Shown: in pieces, positions 35,801-44,558 of the stretch | Numbering within the stretch: the stretch's first letter is position 1 | Layout of the letters: each line of letters begins with the position of its first letter | Source of the DNA: Escherichia coli | GTDB taxonomy: Bacteria; Pseudomonadota; Gammaproteobacteria; Enterobacterales; Enterobacteriaceae | Assembly: GCF_009931435.1 (NCBI RefSeq) | Contig: NZ_CP043414.1 | DNA: 64,000 nt | Strand: one strand, 5' to 3' | The notes under the pieces: generated by a model | What the model was told of the DNA's origin: nothing | The model's database searches: none | The model's input: only the letters and a program-made list of their open reading frames with translations | Position numbers and translations under genes: made by a program

Positions 35801-37396
35801 TTAATGACGCCACGGGATAATGTTACGCCAGTTAAACTTGAAGGGGGGGGCCGGATTACCGATAGCGCGACATTAACTATCGGAAATGGCGTCGATACGA
35901 CGCTTGCCGACCTGACGGCTGCCAGCCGGGGCAGTGTCTGGCTTAACAGCAATAATTCCTGTGCAGGCACCAGCAACTGCGAATATAGAGTAAACAGTTT
36001 GCTCCTCAACGACGGTGATGTTTATTTATCAGCACAAACAGCAGCGCCTGCCACAACTAACGGTATCTACAATACGCTGACCACCAGTGAACTTTCCGGC
36101 AGCGGTAATTTCTACCTGCATACCAACGTTGCAGGCTCCCGGGGCGATCAACTGGTCGTCAACAACAACGCCACTGGCAATTTTAACATCTTTGTTCAGG
36201 ATACCGGCGTCAGCCCTCAGTCTGACGACGCGATGACGCTGGTGAAAACAGGGGGAGGGGATGCTTCGTTTACGCTGGGTAATACCGGCGGTTTCGTTGA
36301 TCTTGGGACCTATGAGTATGTCCTGAAAAGCGACGGCAACAGCAACTGGAACCTGACCAATGATGTCAAACCCAACCCGGCCCCCAACCCAAATCCGAAA
36401 CCGGATCCAAAACCAGACCCAAAACCGGATCCGAAACCAGACCCGACTCCCGATCCAACGCCGACACCCGTCCCGGAGAAACGCATCACGCCTTCTACGG
36501 CAGCCGTACTCAATATGGCAGCAACATTACCGTTGGTCTTTGATGCTGAGCTAAACAGTATTCGCGAGCGGTTGAACATAATGAAAGCGAGTCCACACAA
36601 CAATAATGTCTGGGGGACGACGTATAACACCCGTAATAATGTCACCACCGATGCGGGTGCCGGGTTTGAGCAGACGCTGACCGGAATGACGGTGGGGATC
36701 GATAGCCGTAATGGTATTCCTGAGGGGATTGCTACGCTGGGCGCTTTTATGGGTTATTCCCATTCACATATCGGTTTTGATCGTGGAGGACATGGCAGTG
36801 TGGGCAGTTATTCTCTGGGGGGCTATGTCAGCTGGGAACATGAAAGTGGTTTCTATCTGGACGGTATCGTGAAGCTGAACCGCTTTGAAAGTAACGTAGC
36901 CGGTAAAATGAGCAGCGGTGGAGCCGCCAACGGCAGTTATCGCAGCAACGGGCTGGGCGGTCACATTGAAACCGGGATGCGATTTACCGATGGTAACTGG
37001 AACCTGACGCCGTATGCATCGTTAACGGGGTTCACCGCTGATAACCCCGAATATCATTTATCCAATGGTATGGAATCGAAATCAGTCGATACCCGCAGTA
37101 TATATCGTGAACTGGGCGCAACGCTGAGTTACAACATGCGTCTGGGGAACGGCATGGAAGTTGAGCCGTGGCTGAAGGCGGCTGTGCGCAAAGAATTTGT
37201 CGATGATAACCGGGTGAAAGTGAATAATGACGGTAATTTTGTCAATGATTTGTCGGGCAGACGTGGAATATACCAGGCAGGTATTAAAGCCTCATTCAGC
37301 AGTTCGTTAAGCGGGCATCTCGGGGTGGGGTATAGCCATGGTGCCGGTGTGGAATCCCCGTGGAACGCGGTGGCTGGTGTGAACTGGTCGTTCTGA
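32822..37396 (+). CDS. ypjA: AIDA-I-type autotransporter adhesin YpjA
   Basis: ORF 32735..37396; start placed at MNRTSRYYFRRSVLSLLISALIYAPPGMA signal peptide after GAGG RBS; repetitive passenger, Pro-rich linker, C-terminal beta-barrel ending ...NWSF. Confidence 0.85.
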   Translation: MNRTSRYYFRRSVLSLLISALIYAPPGMAAFTSNVIGVVNDETVDGVQKVDERGTTNNTHIINHGRQDVYGGVSNRSLIESGGYQDVGGHNNFVGQANNTTINGGRQTIHDGGISTGTIIESGNQDVYTGGISNGTTIKGGNSHISGGTANGTIIDGGSQRVTTQGHVDSTTINKSGSQDITQGSLATNTTINGGRQYVEQSTVETTTIKNGGEQRVYESYALDTTIEGGTQSLNNKSTAKYTQIYSGGTQIVDYTSTSDVIEIYSGGVLDVSGGTATNVTQHDGVILKTNTNGTTVSGTNSEGAFSIHNHVADNVLLENGGHLDINAYGSANKTIIKDKGTMSVLTNAKADATRIDNGGVMDVAGNATNTIINGGTQNINNHGIATGTNINSGTQNIKSGGKADTTNISSGSRQVVEKDGTATGSNISAGGSLIVYTGGIAHGVNQETGSALVANTGAGTDIEGYNKLSHFTITGGEANYVVLENTGELTVVAKTTAKNTTVDAGGKLIVQKEAKTDTTRLNNGGVLEVQDGGEAKHVEQQSGGALIASTTSGTLIEGTNSFGDAFYIRNSEAKNVVLENAGSLTVVTGSRAVDTIINANGKMDVYGKDVGTVLNSAGTQTIYASATSDKANIKGGKQTVYGLATEANIESGEQIVDGGSTDKTHIKGGTQTVQNYGKAINTDIVSGLQQIMANGTAEGSIINGGSQVVNEGGLAENSVLNDGGTLDVREKGSATGIQQSSQGALVATTRATRVTGTRADGVAFSIEQDAANNILLANGGVLTVESDTTSAKTQVNAGGREIVKTKATATGTMLTGGEQIVEGVANETTINDGGIQTVSANGEAVKTTINEGGTLTVNDNGKATDIIQNSGAALQTSTANGIEISGTHQYGTFSIAGNLATNVLLENGGNLLVLAGTEARDSTVGNGGAMQNLGQDFATKVNSGGQYTLGRSKDEFQALARAEDLQVAGGTAIVYAGTLADASVSGATGSLSLMTPRDNVTPVKLEGGGRITDSATLTIGNGVDTTLADLTAASRGSVWLNSNNSCAGTSNCEYRVNSLLLNDGDVYLSAQTAAPATTNGIYNTLTTSELSGSGNFYLHTNVAGSRGDQLVVNNNATGNFNIFVQDTGVSPQSDDAMTLVKTGGGDASFTLGNTGGFVDLGTYEYVLKSDGNSNWNLTNDVKPNPAPNPNPKPDPKPDPKPDPKPDPTPDPTPTPVPEKRITPSTAAVLNMAATLPLVFDAELNSIRERLNIMKASPHNNNVWGTTYNTRNNVTTDAGAGFEQTLTGMTVGIDSRNGIPEGIATLGAFMGYSHSHIGFDRGGHGSVGSYSLGGYVSWEHESGFYLDGIVKLNRFESNVAGKMSSGGAANGSYRSNGLGGHIETGMRFTDGNWNLTPYASLTGFTADNPEYHLSNGMESKSVDTRSIYRELGATLSYNMRLGNGMEVEPWLKAAVRKEFVDDNRVKVNNDGNFVNDLSGRRGIYQAGIKASFSSSLSGHLGVGYSHGAGVESPWNAVAGVNWSF

Positions 37397-37406
37397 CCAT
37401 CAACGA

Positions 37407-37430
37407 AAAAGCCCACATCTGTGGGCTTTC
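37407..37430 (+). terminator. Rho-independent terminator after ypjA
   Basis: aaaaagcccacatctgtgggctttc: 6 bp GC-rich stem, 4 nt loop, T-rich tail. Confidence 0.7.
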
Positions 37431-38146
37431 ATATCACCAGGAGCCGCGGCTCCTTTGCGTATCCTTTTATGTCTCCTCACCGTCTGGTCGGTGTCTTGCT
37501 GAGACTTCTAACTTCCTGTTTTTGTTGGTGTTGTCCTTGTACCGTCCAATCATGATGCTGGCGTCTCTGTAATTAGTTATGTAATAACATGATAAATAAA
37601 TGGTTATTTGATTTAATAATAATTTAGGGTGCTAAAAAGGAACCATTAAATCTAAACTATCTGGTATTGCCGCATTTCTTATCAACCATATGATGGGCAA
37701 GATAGCACAACCATCAGTTCAGCTACCATCAGGGAGTTGAATTCAAAGTCATCACAACAAAACCCTCTCTGTTTGCTATAAACGAGATGAAGATTGGTAT
37801 TGCCACCACTACCGTATCAATCAGGGCGAAAGGTTGAGCTAAAGAGGGTAAAGCTCGACCTCACGTCTTAGAAAATGCTGTCCTTCAAACATGATTAGTG
37901 CAGAATTTAAACTGATTACTCGTAATGCCCTAATAAATATGAATATTTTAAAATAGGTTAAAACAGCCAAACTTATAGCACTTTTTGCTAAAGTCCTTAA
38001 AGCCTCGTCCTGTCACCTCATCCACGCTGCTCTTCGCCATCTGTGTAAAAAATGCTCAATAACGAAATAATTCCGGCAAAGCAGGTGTTGATTGTCATAC
38101 GCGATATTCGAATAATAACTCCATCAAAACAACAATGGAGAAATAT

Positions 38147-38347
38147 ATGGCAGTAAGAAGATTTATTCGTTTACCTGAAGTTATCAACAGAACTGGCTAT
38201 GGCAAAACATGGATTTATCACCTTATCAAGCGGGGTGAATTCCCTGAACCTATAAAGACTGGTGCAAGAACAATAGCATTTATTGAAAGTGAGATTGATG
38301 AATGGATTGAAGCTATTATTCGAAACTCACGCCAGAACGCAGCATAA
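38147..38347 (+). CDS. alpA: AlpA-family (excisionase-like) transcriptional regulator
   Basis: FIRLPEVINRTGYGKTWIYHLIKRGEFPEPIKTGARTIAFIESEIDEWIEA matches AlpA/phage regulatory HTH pattern. Confidence 0.8.
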   Translation: MAVRRFIRLPEVINRTGYGKTWIYHLIKRGEFPEPIKTGARTIAFIESEIDEWIEAIIRNSRQNAA

Positions 38348-38416
38348 AAACAGAAATAGGATCTCGTGTCGAACAGATATCTGTTCGCTCAGGGAATCTT
38401 ATTACCCTAAACAATA

Positions 38417-38719
38417 ATGGAGAAGAGTATGAAGATAGAACTTATTACGACAAAACAGTTTATTGAACAAGCCGAATGTTATTTCAGGAACTATATAGAC
38501 GGATTGCGGAGGAATGCACCAGATGATTTTTATTATTTTCTCAACAATAAATACAATATGAATGACATTATGGAAAGTATCATTAAAAAAACGAGATATC
38601 ATTTTTATGATGACACAGAAGAAGGTAAAAGGAATCGGATTTATGGAGAAGTAAGCCACAGTAAGGTAAAGCAACACCTTCGTCAGCTTTGGATTGTCTA
38701 TAAATGTGTATACCGCTAA
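38417..38719 (+). CDS. Hypothetical protein
   Basis: 100 aa ORF downstream of alpA, same strand; no recognisable motif. Confidence 0.4.
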   Translation: MEKSMKIELITTKQFIEQAECYFRNYIDGLRRNAPDDFYYFLNNKYNMNDIMESIIKKTRYHFYDDTEEGKRNRIYGEVSHSKVKQHLRQLWIVYKCVYR

Positions 38720-38771
38720 TACTTATACAAATATTTTGCTATTCCAATATTAAACTAAATAGGAAATAAAA

Positions 38772-39068
38772 ATGAATACATTTAAAAATAAATCTACTGA
38801 AATCTTTTATGTTGTGTCCTTGCATATCTACGCGGAGCTTTTTAACTCAAAGGATAAAACGACCAGCAATATGATTATAACGCATGTAATGGATCATGAG
38901 TTTGTCTGTAGGCTAATCGATCTGGCGATGAGAAATGCTGAGAAGCATCTTCTGAAAAAAGCATGGAAAAAGAACGCTGCTGAAAAACTGTCTGAGGTGG
39001 ATTTTAAAGGGGTTAAGCAGGCATTAGCTAAAATGCATTACACTGTTCTGGCGGAATCAATATGTTGA
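38772..39068 (+). CDS. Hypothetical protein
   Basis: 98 aa ORF, same strand as alpA cluster; no recognisable motif. Confidence 0.4.
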   Translation: MNTFKNKSTEIFYVVSLHIYAELFNSKDKTTSNMIITHVMDHEFVCRLIDLAMRNAEKHLLKKAWKKNAAEKLSEVDFKGVKQALAKMHYTVLAESIC

Positions 39069-39116
39069 TATGTTCTGACGTCTATCGGCCCCTTCTTGGG
39101 GCTGATAATCGGATGA

Positions 39117-39599
39117 TTAAGGTGCTATTCTGCGGCGAGCTTTGTTTTGCTGCTGTTCAATGGTTGAGGCTATGGTCGATAGTTGCTCAAGACTCTGTTC
39201 AATTGAACGCTGGAACGCAACAGCGGCTTCAGTACGTTGTTTTATGACCAAGGCTACTATTTCTTCATCGCTCTTTTCTGAAATGGCCTTACGGTATAAT
39301 ACGCGTTCGTTAAATAAATCGAGATTACCAGTTGGTCTCGCTGATGTATTAGCTTTTGAACTGCTGATGGGATTTAACTCGTCAATAAAGTATTCAATAA
39401 GAGATTCTCTCTTCTTTTCAAGTCTGCGAAGTTCGGTATGTGCAGATTTAAATTTCTGAGCCTTAACTAATGGAATATCATCGGAACGCAGTTTGCGATA
39501 TTCATTTCTGTATTCTTCTATCGAAATATGATTTTATAGTTCTTTGACTGTATTTACACATTCGATTAAATCACTGTTGTCTGTTTTTACTTTTCTCAT
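39117..39599 (-). pseudogene. Hypothetical gene interrupted by an in-frame TAA (codon 22)
   Basis: Minus-strand frame ATG at 39599 reads MRKVKTDNSDLIECVNTVKEL-stop then 138 further sense codons with no Met or stop until 39117. Confidence 0.35.
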
Positions 39600-39753
39600 A
39601 AGAAATACCTCGTAAATAAAATGGTTGATATATTTATATTACGAGATATGGTGTTAGTGTCAAATTAGCTCTTTAGCTCTCTTGGCAAGAAAATACCTTT
39701 AATGCAATCGTAGTTTATTACGGTGATTTTTTTAACCTGTTTCCCGCTGGTAA

Positions 39754-40311
39754 TTAATTTTTATTATTCACTGGTTTCTTTTTTTCCTTCAAGTAATAAG
39801 TTTTCATGAAAGTCAAACGATCACCATTAAACATATAGTCTGGATTAATAAAATAATAGTTTTGTATCATGGTCTCAGCAATAAATTTCTTGTCAGCAAG
39901 TTCTTTCATCCCTTTGAAATATGTCGTTCTTGATATTTTTACAATCTCTTGATCAACAATATCGAATGACATTAATATCGTATCTGTATCTTTATTGTCT
40001 CTAATAGCAAGATACAGTATCTTAAATACTTTCTTACCTGATGAGGATAAACCCTCAATAGCTGATACGCCATCCACATAAAGTTTCACGAACTGTGTCT
40101 TGTCTACTTCCATTGACTGAAAGAAACCACCATGTCCAACCTGTTCTCCTGTATTTTCATTTACTACGGCTAAGCGATCTTTTCCTGTTGTGATACGTCT
40201 GATACCTGTTTTTGTATGTATATTTGTATCATTAAGGAATGGGTTTTTTACATGGCGAGGTAGACCTCTTCTTGATTTCTTTACTTCCGTTTGTATTTTA
40301 TTTTCTATCAT
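39754..40311 (-). CDS. Hypothetical protein, possibly DNA-binding or replication-associated
   Basis: 185 aa basic ORF adjacent to a highly structured repeat-containing intergenic region; function not recognisable by eye. Confidence 0.5.
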   Translation of the reverse strand: MIENKIQTEVKKSRRGLPRHVKNPFLNDTNIHTKTGIRRITTGKDRLAVVNENTGEQVGHGGFFQSMEVDKTQFVKLYVDGVSAIEGLSSSGKKVFKILYLAIRDNKDTDTILMSFDIVDQEIVKISRTTYFKGMKELADKKFIAETMIQNYYFINPDYMFNGDRLTFMKTYYLKEKKKPVNNKN

Positions 40312-40721
40312 GATATTTACTCCTTTATTTTTTTAGTTATACATTTAAGTAAATACTATATTTTGTGTGCAAGTCAATACTTAAAATTTATATTTTTTAA
40401 AATAACTAACACTTGATGTTTTTACGTATAAAACTTGTAGTGCTACAGAATATATACAAATAACACTTTATTATTTTTATTTGAGAATAGTTATCAACTT
40501 AAGTACCGGGATTCGGGACTTTAACTCCCGAGAGTGCGTACTTTGTTTTAAGCTATAGCTGGCTTGAGAGCAGTTTTCTTCTTCATTATTCAAATAGCGA
40601 AGCTTTGGATGACATTTTAAAGAATGTAATATTGAAAATAGTTCTTCTTTTTAGTTTATTGGTGCCTTATCAAAATGGCACCAGTGGTGTTATCTGTTTT
40701 ATTTTTCCGACTATGTTATTA

Positions 40722-40758
40722 CAGCGAAGTGATTGTGTGGAACAATCACGAATCGCTG
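40722..40758. repeat. 37 bp near-palindromic element copy 1 (CAGCG-AA-GTGATTGT-N5-ACAATCAC-GAAT-CGCTG)
   Basis: Read directly; perfect 8 bp inner inverted repeat plus outer 5 bp arms. Confidence 0.7.
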
Positions 40759-40860
40759 CTTTTATTGTGAGAGCTTAATTAATTTTTCTTTTACTTTATA
40801 TGCGTCTTCGACGCGATCTTTTTTTGGATAAATCCATCATTAACAGGGGCAAGCCCTGTC

Positions 40861-40897
40861 CAGCAAAGTGATTGTCGGCAACAATCACGAAATGCTG
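40861..40897. repeat. 37 bp near-palindromic element copy 2 (CAGCA-AA-GTGATTGT-N5-ACAATCAC-GAAA-TGCTG)
   Basis: Same architecture as copy 1; outer arms changed on both sides so pairing is preserved. Confidence 0.7.
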
Positions 40898-41227
40898 CTA
40901 CTAAAGATATAGTTTTCCTATACGTTTAAGAGCAAATGCTATATGTCAGATGGGGAATGCTATGTTTAAACATAGGATCTGAATTAAAAGTTAAAAGGAA
41001 AATAGATCTAACTATGTTCGAATACATTCGCTTATTACCTCATAGTAGTAAAATAAAATACAAAATGTCAGTTTTAGGGCGTAGCCGTGCGTAAGCATAG
41101 AGATAAATATCTTTTCAAAAAGAAGTTTAAAAATAATAAGTAAAAGCATGAAGAAAACACAGATATATTTGATTTTTACGCTTACGATAGAGTATTAAGC
41201 AGTAATAAATAAAAAAGGGAAAACACA

Positions 41228-41497
41228 ATGAACAATATCAAAATGATTACGCTCTTCTATCCCCATGAAAAAACACCATTTATGATCTGTATTGTAAACA
41301 AAGTAGAAGATACAGAACTTGGATTGAAATTAACTCTTGAAAACGGCAACAACATTTGTGTCAATAATTATAGTCATTATCTGTTATCAGAGTCTGTAAA
41401 TCGTTGTAATAAAGAAAGGTTAAAGAGTATTTATATTCGCTTGGTTTCAGAACTCACGCAGATGAGTGAAGAAACTATAAAATCGCAGATGTTTTAA
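41228..41497 (+). CDS. Hypothetical protein
   Basis: 89 aa ORF, first of four co-oriented genes. Confidence 0.45.
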   Translation: MNNIKMITLFYPHEKTPFMICIVNKVEDTELGLKLTLENGNNICVNNYSHYLLSESVNRCNKERLKSIYIRLVSELTQMSEETIKSQMF

Positions 41498-41579
41498 AAG
41501 TTATATTGAACATAATAAATATTTTTGATATTACGGTCAGTTGCATGGTATTAAATAAAAGAATAACAGGAAAAATATC

Positions 41580-41984
41580 ATGCGAAAAATAAAAACAAAA
41601 ATCTACTTGCCTACAGCTTTAACAGGAAACATGGATAAACACTATATCCCTGTTCTAGAGGATTTAAGAAAAGCGATATACAGCGACAGAATGTTATCAA
41701 GGCTTGCAGATAACGGTAGTATTGTTATCCATAGTTCAGTTGGGTATCCGGTTGCTAAATACAAAAACACGGGGATTAGCATAGGTATAGAACCATTGAA
41801 TCCAATGATAAGACAAGATCTGACTCTTGGATATATCGTGGTCGTCAGAAACGGGAAATCATCACAGGAGATTAATGGTTTACTTAACAGGTCATTGCCA
41901 AAAGCAATAAGCACTTTTAAGGATCACATCAATGAATATGAAGCAGTAAAAAGTAAAATGCGACAACAAACTATGATCTGGTAA
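41580..41984 (+). CDS. Hypothetical protein
   Basis: 134 aa ORF, 82 bp after preceding gene. Confidence 0.5.
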   Translation: MRKIKTKIYLPTALTGNMDKHYIPVLEDLRKAIYSDRMLSRLADNGSIVIHSSVGYPVAKYKNTGISIGIEPLNPMIRQDLTLGYIVVVRNGKSSQEINGLLNRSLPKAISTFKDHINEYEAVKSKMRQQTMIW

Positions 41985-42021
41985 AATATTTAATCTGATA
42001 ACTTCAGGAGGAGGATGAGCG

Positions 42022-43005
42022 ATGGAAGGTAAGTTAATTTTTTGTTCCGATGCAATACTACGGTTTCAGTCCGATTACGATGAAACCGCTGCCGTTCCAT
42101 TGCTATCCATCCAGAACGTCATAGCCGATACCGATCCGTTCTTTCTTCTCCGTTTCTTCCACCATACCGTTCTGATTGAAGAAGGAACAACGCTGGCAAG
42201 TATCTTTCTGGCAATAGAACCGTGGAAGGCTTTGTTAGCGGCTTATCTGGACAGAGATGTTGGTGCTTATATAGATGAGGTAAGAAAACCGTCCGGGCCA
42301 ACGACATGGGATATTGAATGGATTGGGATTGATCGTCGTAGCATGGTTTACCGCGCTTATAAACGTCAGGAGATGCAGGATGGAGAGGATTTTTCTGACT
42401 ATTTAAACCGGGAACGCGTTCTGACCGATGAATTTGAAATTGAAAGTGGCTGTGAGGCTTCTGGCTACATTAAAGGTGATAAAGAACGCTGGAGCATCAG
42501 TGGTGATGTTCACGAGATAAAGAATCTGCCTGTAATCCTCTATAGCAAACAGACATTGATGACTTCACCGAAAGACGGTTTGCTGAAGAAAAACGTATCG
42601 GGTGTGAAGAGTTCCAAGCACAGTTGCTTCGTTTATGGCGATACCTCGTTTTCATTGAGAGAGGTTATGGAAGCCATCTACATTAGCGGGCTGTTCTTCT
42701 ATGCGCCAAGAGACGCCGCCAGTAGTCTTGATGCGCTGAAAGCGAGTGTGGCTGGACTGGAAGACGAACTGACCGAGGTGCCTGAAACAGAATCGGATAA
42801 TAATGAAACAGATGAAGAACCTACCATCGTCGTAGCCGACGGTGCTTTTGATTCGCTCGCTGCTCACATGGAGTCTGAAAAAGCGGAGTGGCAATACATT
42901 AAGAAGTTGTGCCAGCAAGATAGCGAGCTGCCCATACGTATTGGTAGTATCAGAATAGCTGAGCCTGCGGAGCTATGTATTGGCGGGAAAATCTTACATG
43001 AATAG
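42022..43005 (+). CDS. Hypothetical protein with acidic C-terminal segment
   Basis: 327 aa ORF, 37 bp after preceding gene; locally higher GC than neighbours. Confidence 0.55.
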   Translation: MEGKLIFCSDAILRFQSDYDETAAVPLLSIQNVIADTDPFFLLRFFHHTVLIEEGTTLASIFLAIEPWKALLAAYLDRDVGAYIDEVRKPSGPTTWDIEWIGIDRRSMVYRAYKRQEMQDGEDFSDYLNRERVLTDEFEIESGCEASGYIKGDKERWSISGDVHEIKNLPVILYSKQTLMTSPKDGLLKKNVSGVKSSKHSCFVYGDTSFSLREVMEAIYISGLFFYAPRDAASSLDALKASVAGLEDELTEVPETESDNNETDEEPTIVVADGAFDSLAAHMESEKAEWQYIKKLCQQDSELPIRIGSIRIAEPAELCIGGKILHE

Positions 43006-43171
43006 GTACAGGCAACAGTTAGCATTGTGGTGAAAGGATATGGTGTATGTTTGCTCACTTTTTTGTGTTATCTCCTGATCAACCCTATGTCGACTATGGT
43101 AAAATTCCCAACTTTAACACCAACGTAGCAAGTGTTTTATGAGCGCGTAGTCAACCAGTAAGGACATTGAA

Positions 43172-44089
43172 TTGAACATTAACGCAACACCAGTATTAAT
43201 TACACTTGTCTACGAAGCGCTTTTAAGATCCTTTTGGCGTAAACCCGCACTCAAAAAATTTTTGTTATCGTCGCATATTTCTGAAAGCTTCATTTCAACT
43301 TGGAGAGAAGATGAATCAAAAAGAAATTTTTTAGATCGTTTGTTCCCTAAATTACAAAGTAGTGCAAAAGGAAAAAATGTTATCTGCCATATGGCAGTTA
43401 ATCTTTCTGAACAGACTTCTTTTCCTGATTTAAAAGGCTGGGAAGATTCTCTACAAATGATTCAATCTGCAACTGATGCCATAAAAGATTTAAAAAACTA
43501 TATAACAAAACAAAATGAAGAACATCAGACTGAAAAAGAAAAACAAGAGTTCAGAGCACGAGCAGAAAAAGAGAGAACTGAAATAAAACGCTCTGAGACG
43601 GATTTGATGAAATTAAAGAATGAATTTGAGTGTTTGCATAATGAAATAGGAACTCAAAATGGTGGCTACGCATTTGAAAAGTGGTTTTTTAAACTTGTAG
43701 ACTACTGTGAAATTGTCTGTAAAAAACCATATAAAACTAATGGTAGGCAAGTAGATGGAGCCATAACTATTGAAGGCACTACGTACCTTGTTGAATTAAA
43801 ATTTCAGAAAACACAGGCTGACGCCATCGACATCGACTCATTAAAAGCTAAAGTGAGTAAAATGGCTGATAACACGATGGCTGTAATGATTTCTGTATCA
43901 GGTTATTCCTCTGTTGCCATAACTGAATCATCGGGTAGTCGAACCCCTTTATTATTATTAGATTATAGCCATTTATATTTATTCTTGAGTGGTGGAATGA
44001 GATTTGATGAAATAATTACACGGATAAGACGCCATTCTTCACAAACAGGAGAATCTTACCTATCTGTAAATTCATTTGGTGGATTTTAA
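43172..44089 (+). CDS. Protein with C-terminal PD-(D/E)xK (Mrr-like) nuclease motif
   Basis: 305 aa; GGYAFEKWFFKLVDYCEIV...VDGAITIEGTTYLVELKFQK fits E...D...(E)xK restriction-endonuclease-fold signature; N-terminal region with coiled-coil-like stretch. Confidence 0.55.
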   Translation: MNINATPVLITLVYEALLRSFWRKPALKKFLLSSHISESFISTWREDESKRNFLDRLFPKLQSSAKGKNVICHMAVNLSEQTSFPDLKGWEDSLQMIQSATDAIKDLKNYITKQNEEHQTEKEKQEFRARAEKERTEIKRSETDLMKLKNEFECLHNEIGTQNGGYAFEKWFFKLVDYCEIVCKKPYKTNGRQVDGAITIEGTTYLVELKFQKTQADAIDIDSLKAKVSKMADNTMAVMISVSGYSSVAITESSGSRTPLLLLDYSHLYLFLSGGMRFDEIITRIRRHSSQTGESYLSVNSFGGF

Positions 44090-44149
44090 ATAAACAATAA
44101 TGCTGTATGAAGTAATCTCAGCATTATTGTTTCCAATAATTAATGTTGG

Positions 44150-44527
44150 TTAATCCATCAAGCCGCGTGAAGTCTTACTTGCAGTATGACGAAAATCATA
44201 ACGTTCCACAACATCACCCTTAAACCAGATATCCAGTGATTTAATATGTGCTGTGCTGCTATTGGTCAACAGAGCAAGGCCCGGTATGTAGTTAGATAGC
44301 TGGCTTTCTCCCGTCATACTTGAGTAGTTCCACATCTCCTGTCCATCATTCGTAGCGCGTGTCTGAGGCTCTCCAAAGGCAGCAAGAATTTCTTGTTGGG
44401 TTGTTTTTCCATTGACGATTTTAACTTTAACCGTCTGATGATTTTCATCAGTTAGGGATTTATTACCATGAACGGTACAGCCACTAAGTGGTAATATGAT
44501 AAAAATAGCAAATAACAATTTTTTCAT
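44150..44527 (-). CDS. Lipoprotein, BamE/OmlA-like pattern
   Basis: ORF 44150..44569; start at MKKLLFAIFIILPLSGC (lipobox); G.T.QQ...G.P pattern resembling SmpA/OmlA fold. Confidence 0.55.
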   Translation of the reverse strand: MKKLLFAIFIILPLSGCTVHGNKSLTDENHQTVKVKIVNGKTTQQEILAAFGEPQTRATNDGQEMWNYSSMTGESQLSNYIPGLALLTNSSTAHIKSLDIWFKGDVVERYDFRHTASKTSRGLMD

Positions 44528-44558
44528 TTTAGTTCCATAAATAGATGATAGATGAGAC

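Noticed and set aside
32735-37396. Numerous minus-strand and alternative-frame ORFs within ypjA, and the possibility that its periodic repeats represent a CRISPR array
   Set aside because: The repeats are protein-coding passenger-domain repeats of variable sequence without uniform spacers; the internal ORFs are antisense artefacts in a Gly/Thr-rich coding region.
37700-37760. Possible degenerate attR (cagctaccatcagggagttgaattc) resembling the ssrA 3' end (agctggcgggagttgaaccc)
   Set aside because: Only about 15 of 22 positions match and an indel is needed; too weak to call a boundary without comparison to an empty site.
40505-40535. tRNA-like T-arm sequence (tcggga-ctttaac-tcccga) that might mark an internal att remnant
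   Set aside because: Isolated stem-loop in the wrong orientation relative to ssrA and without the rest of a tRNA; more likely part of the structured intergenic region.
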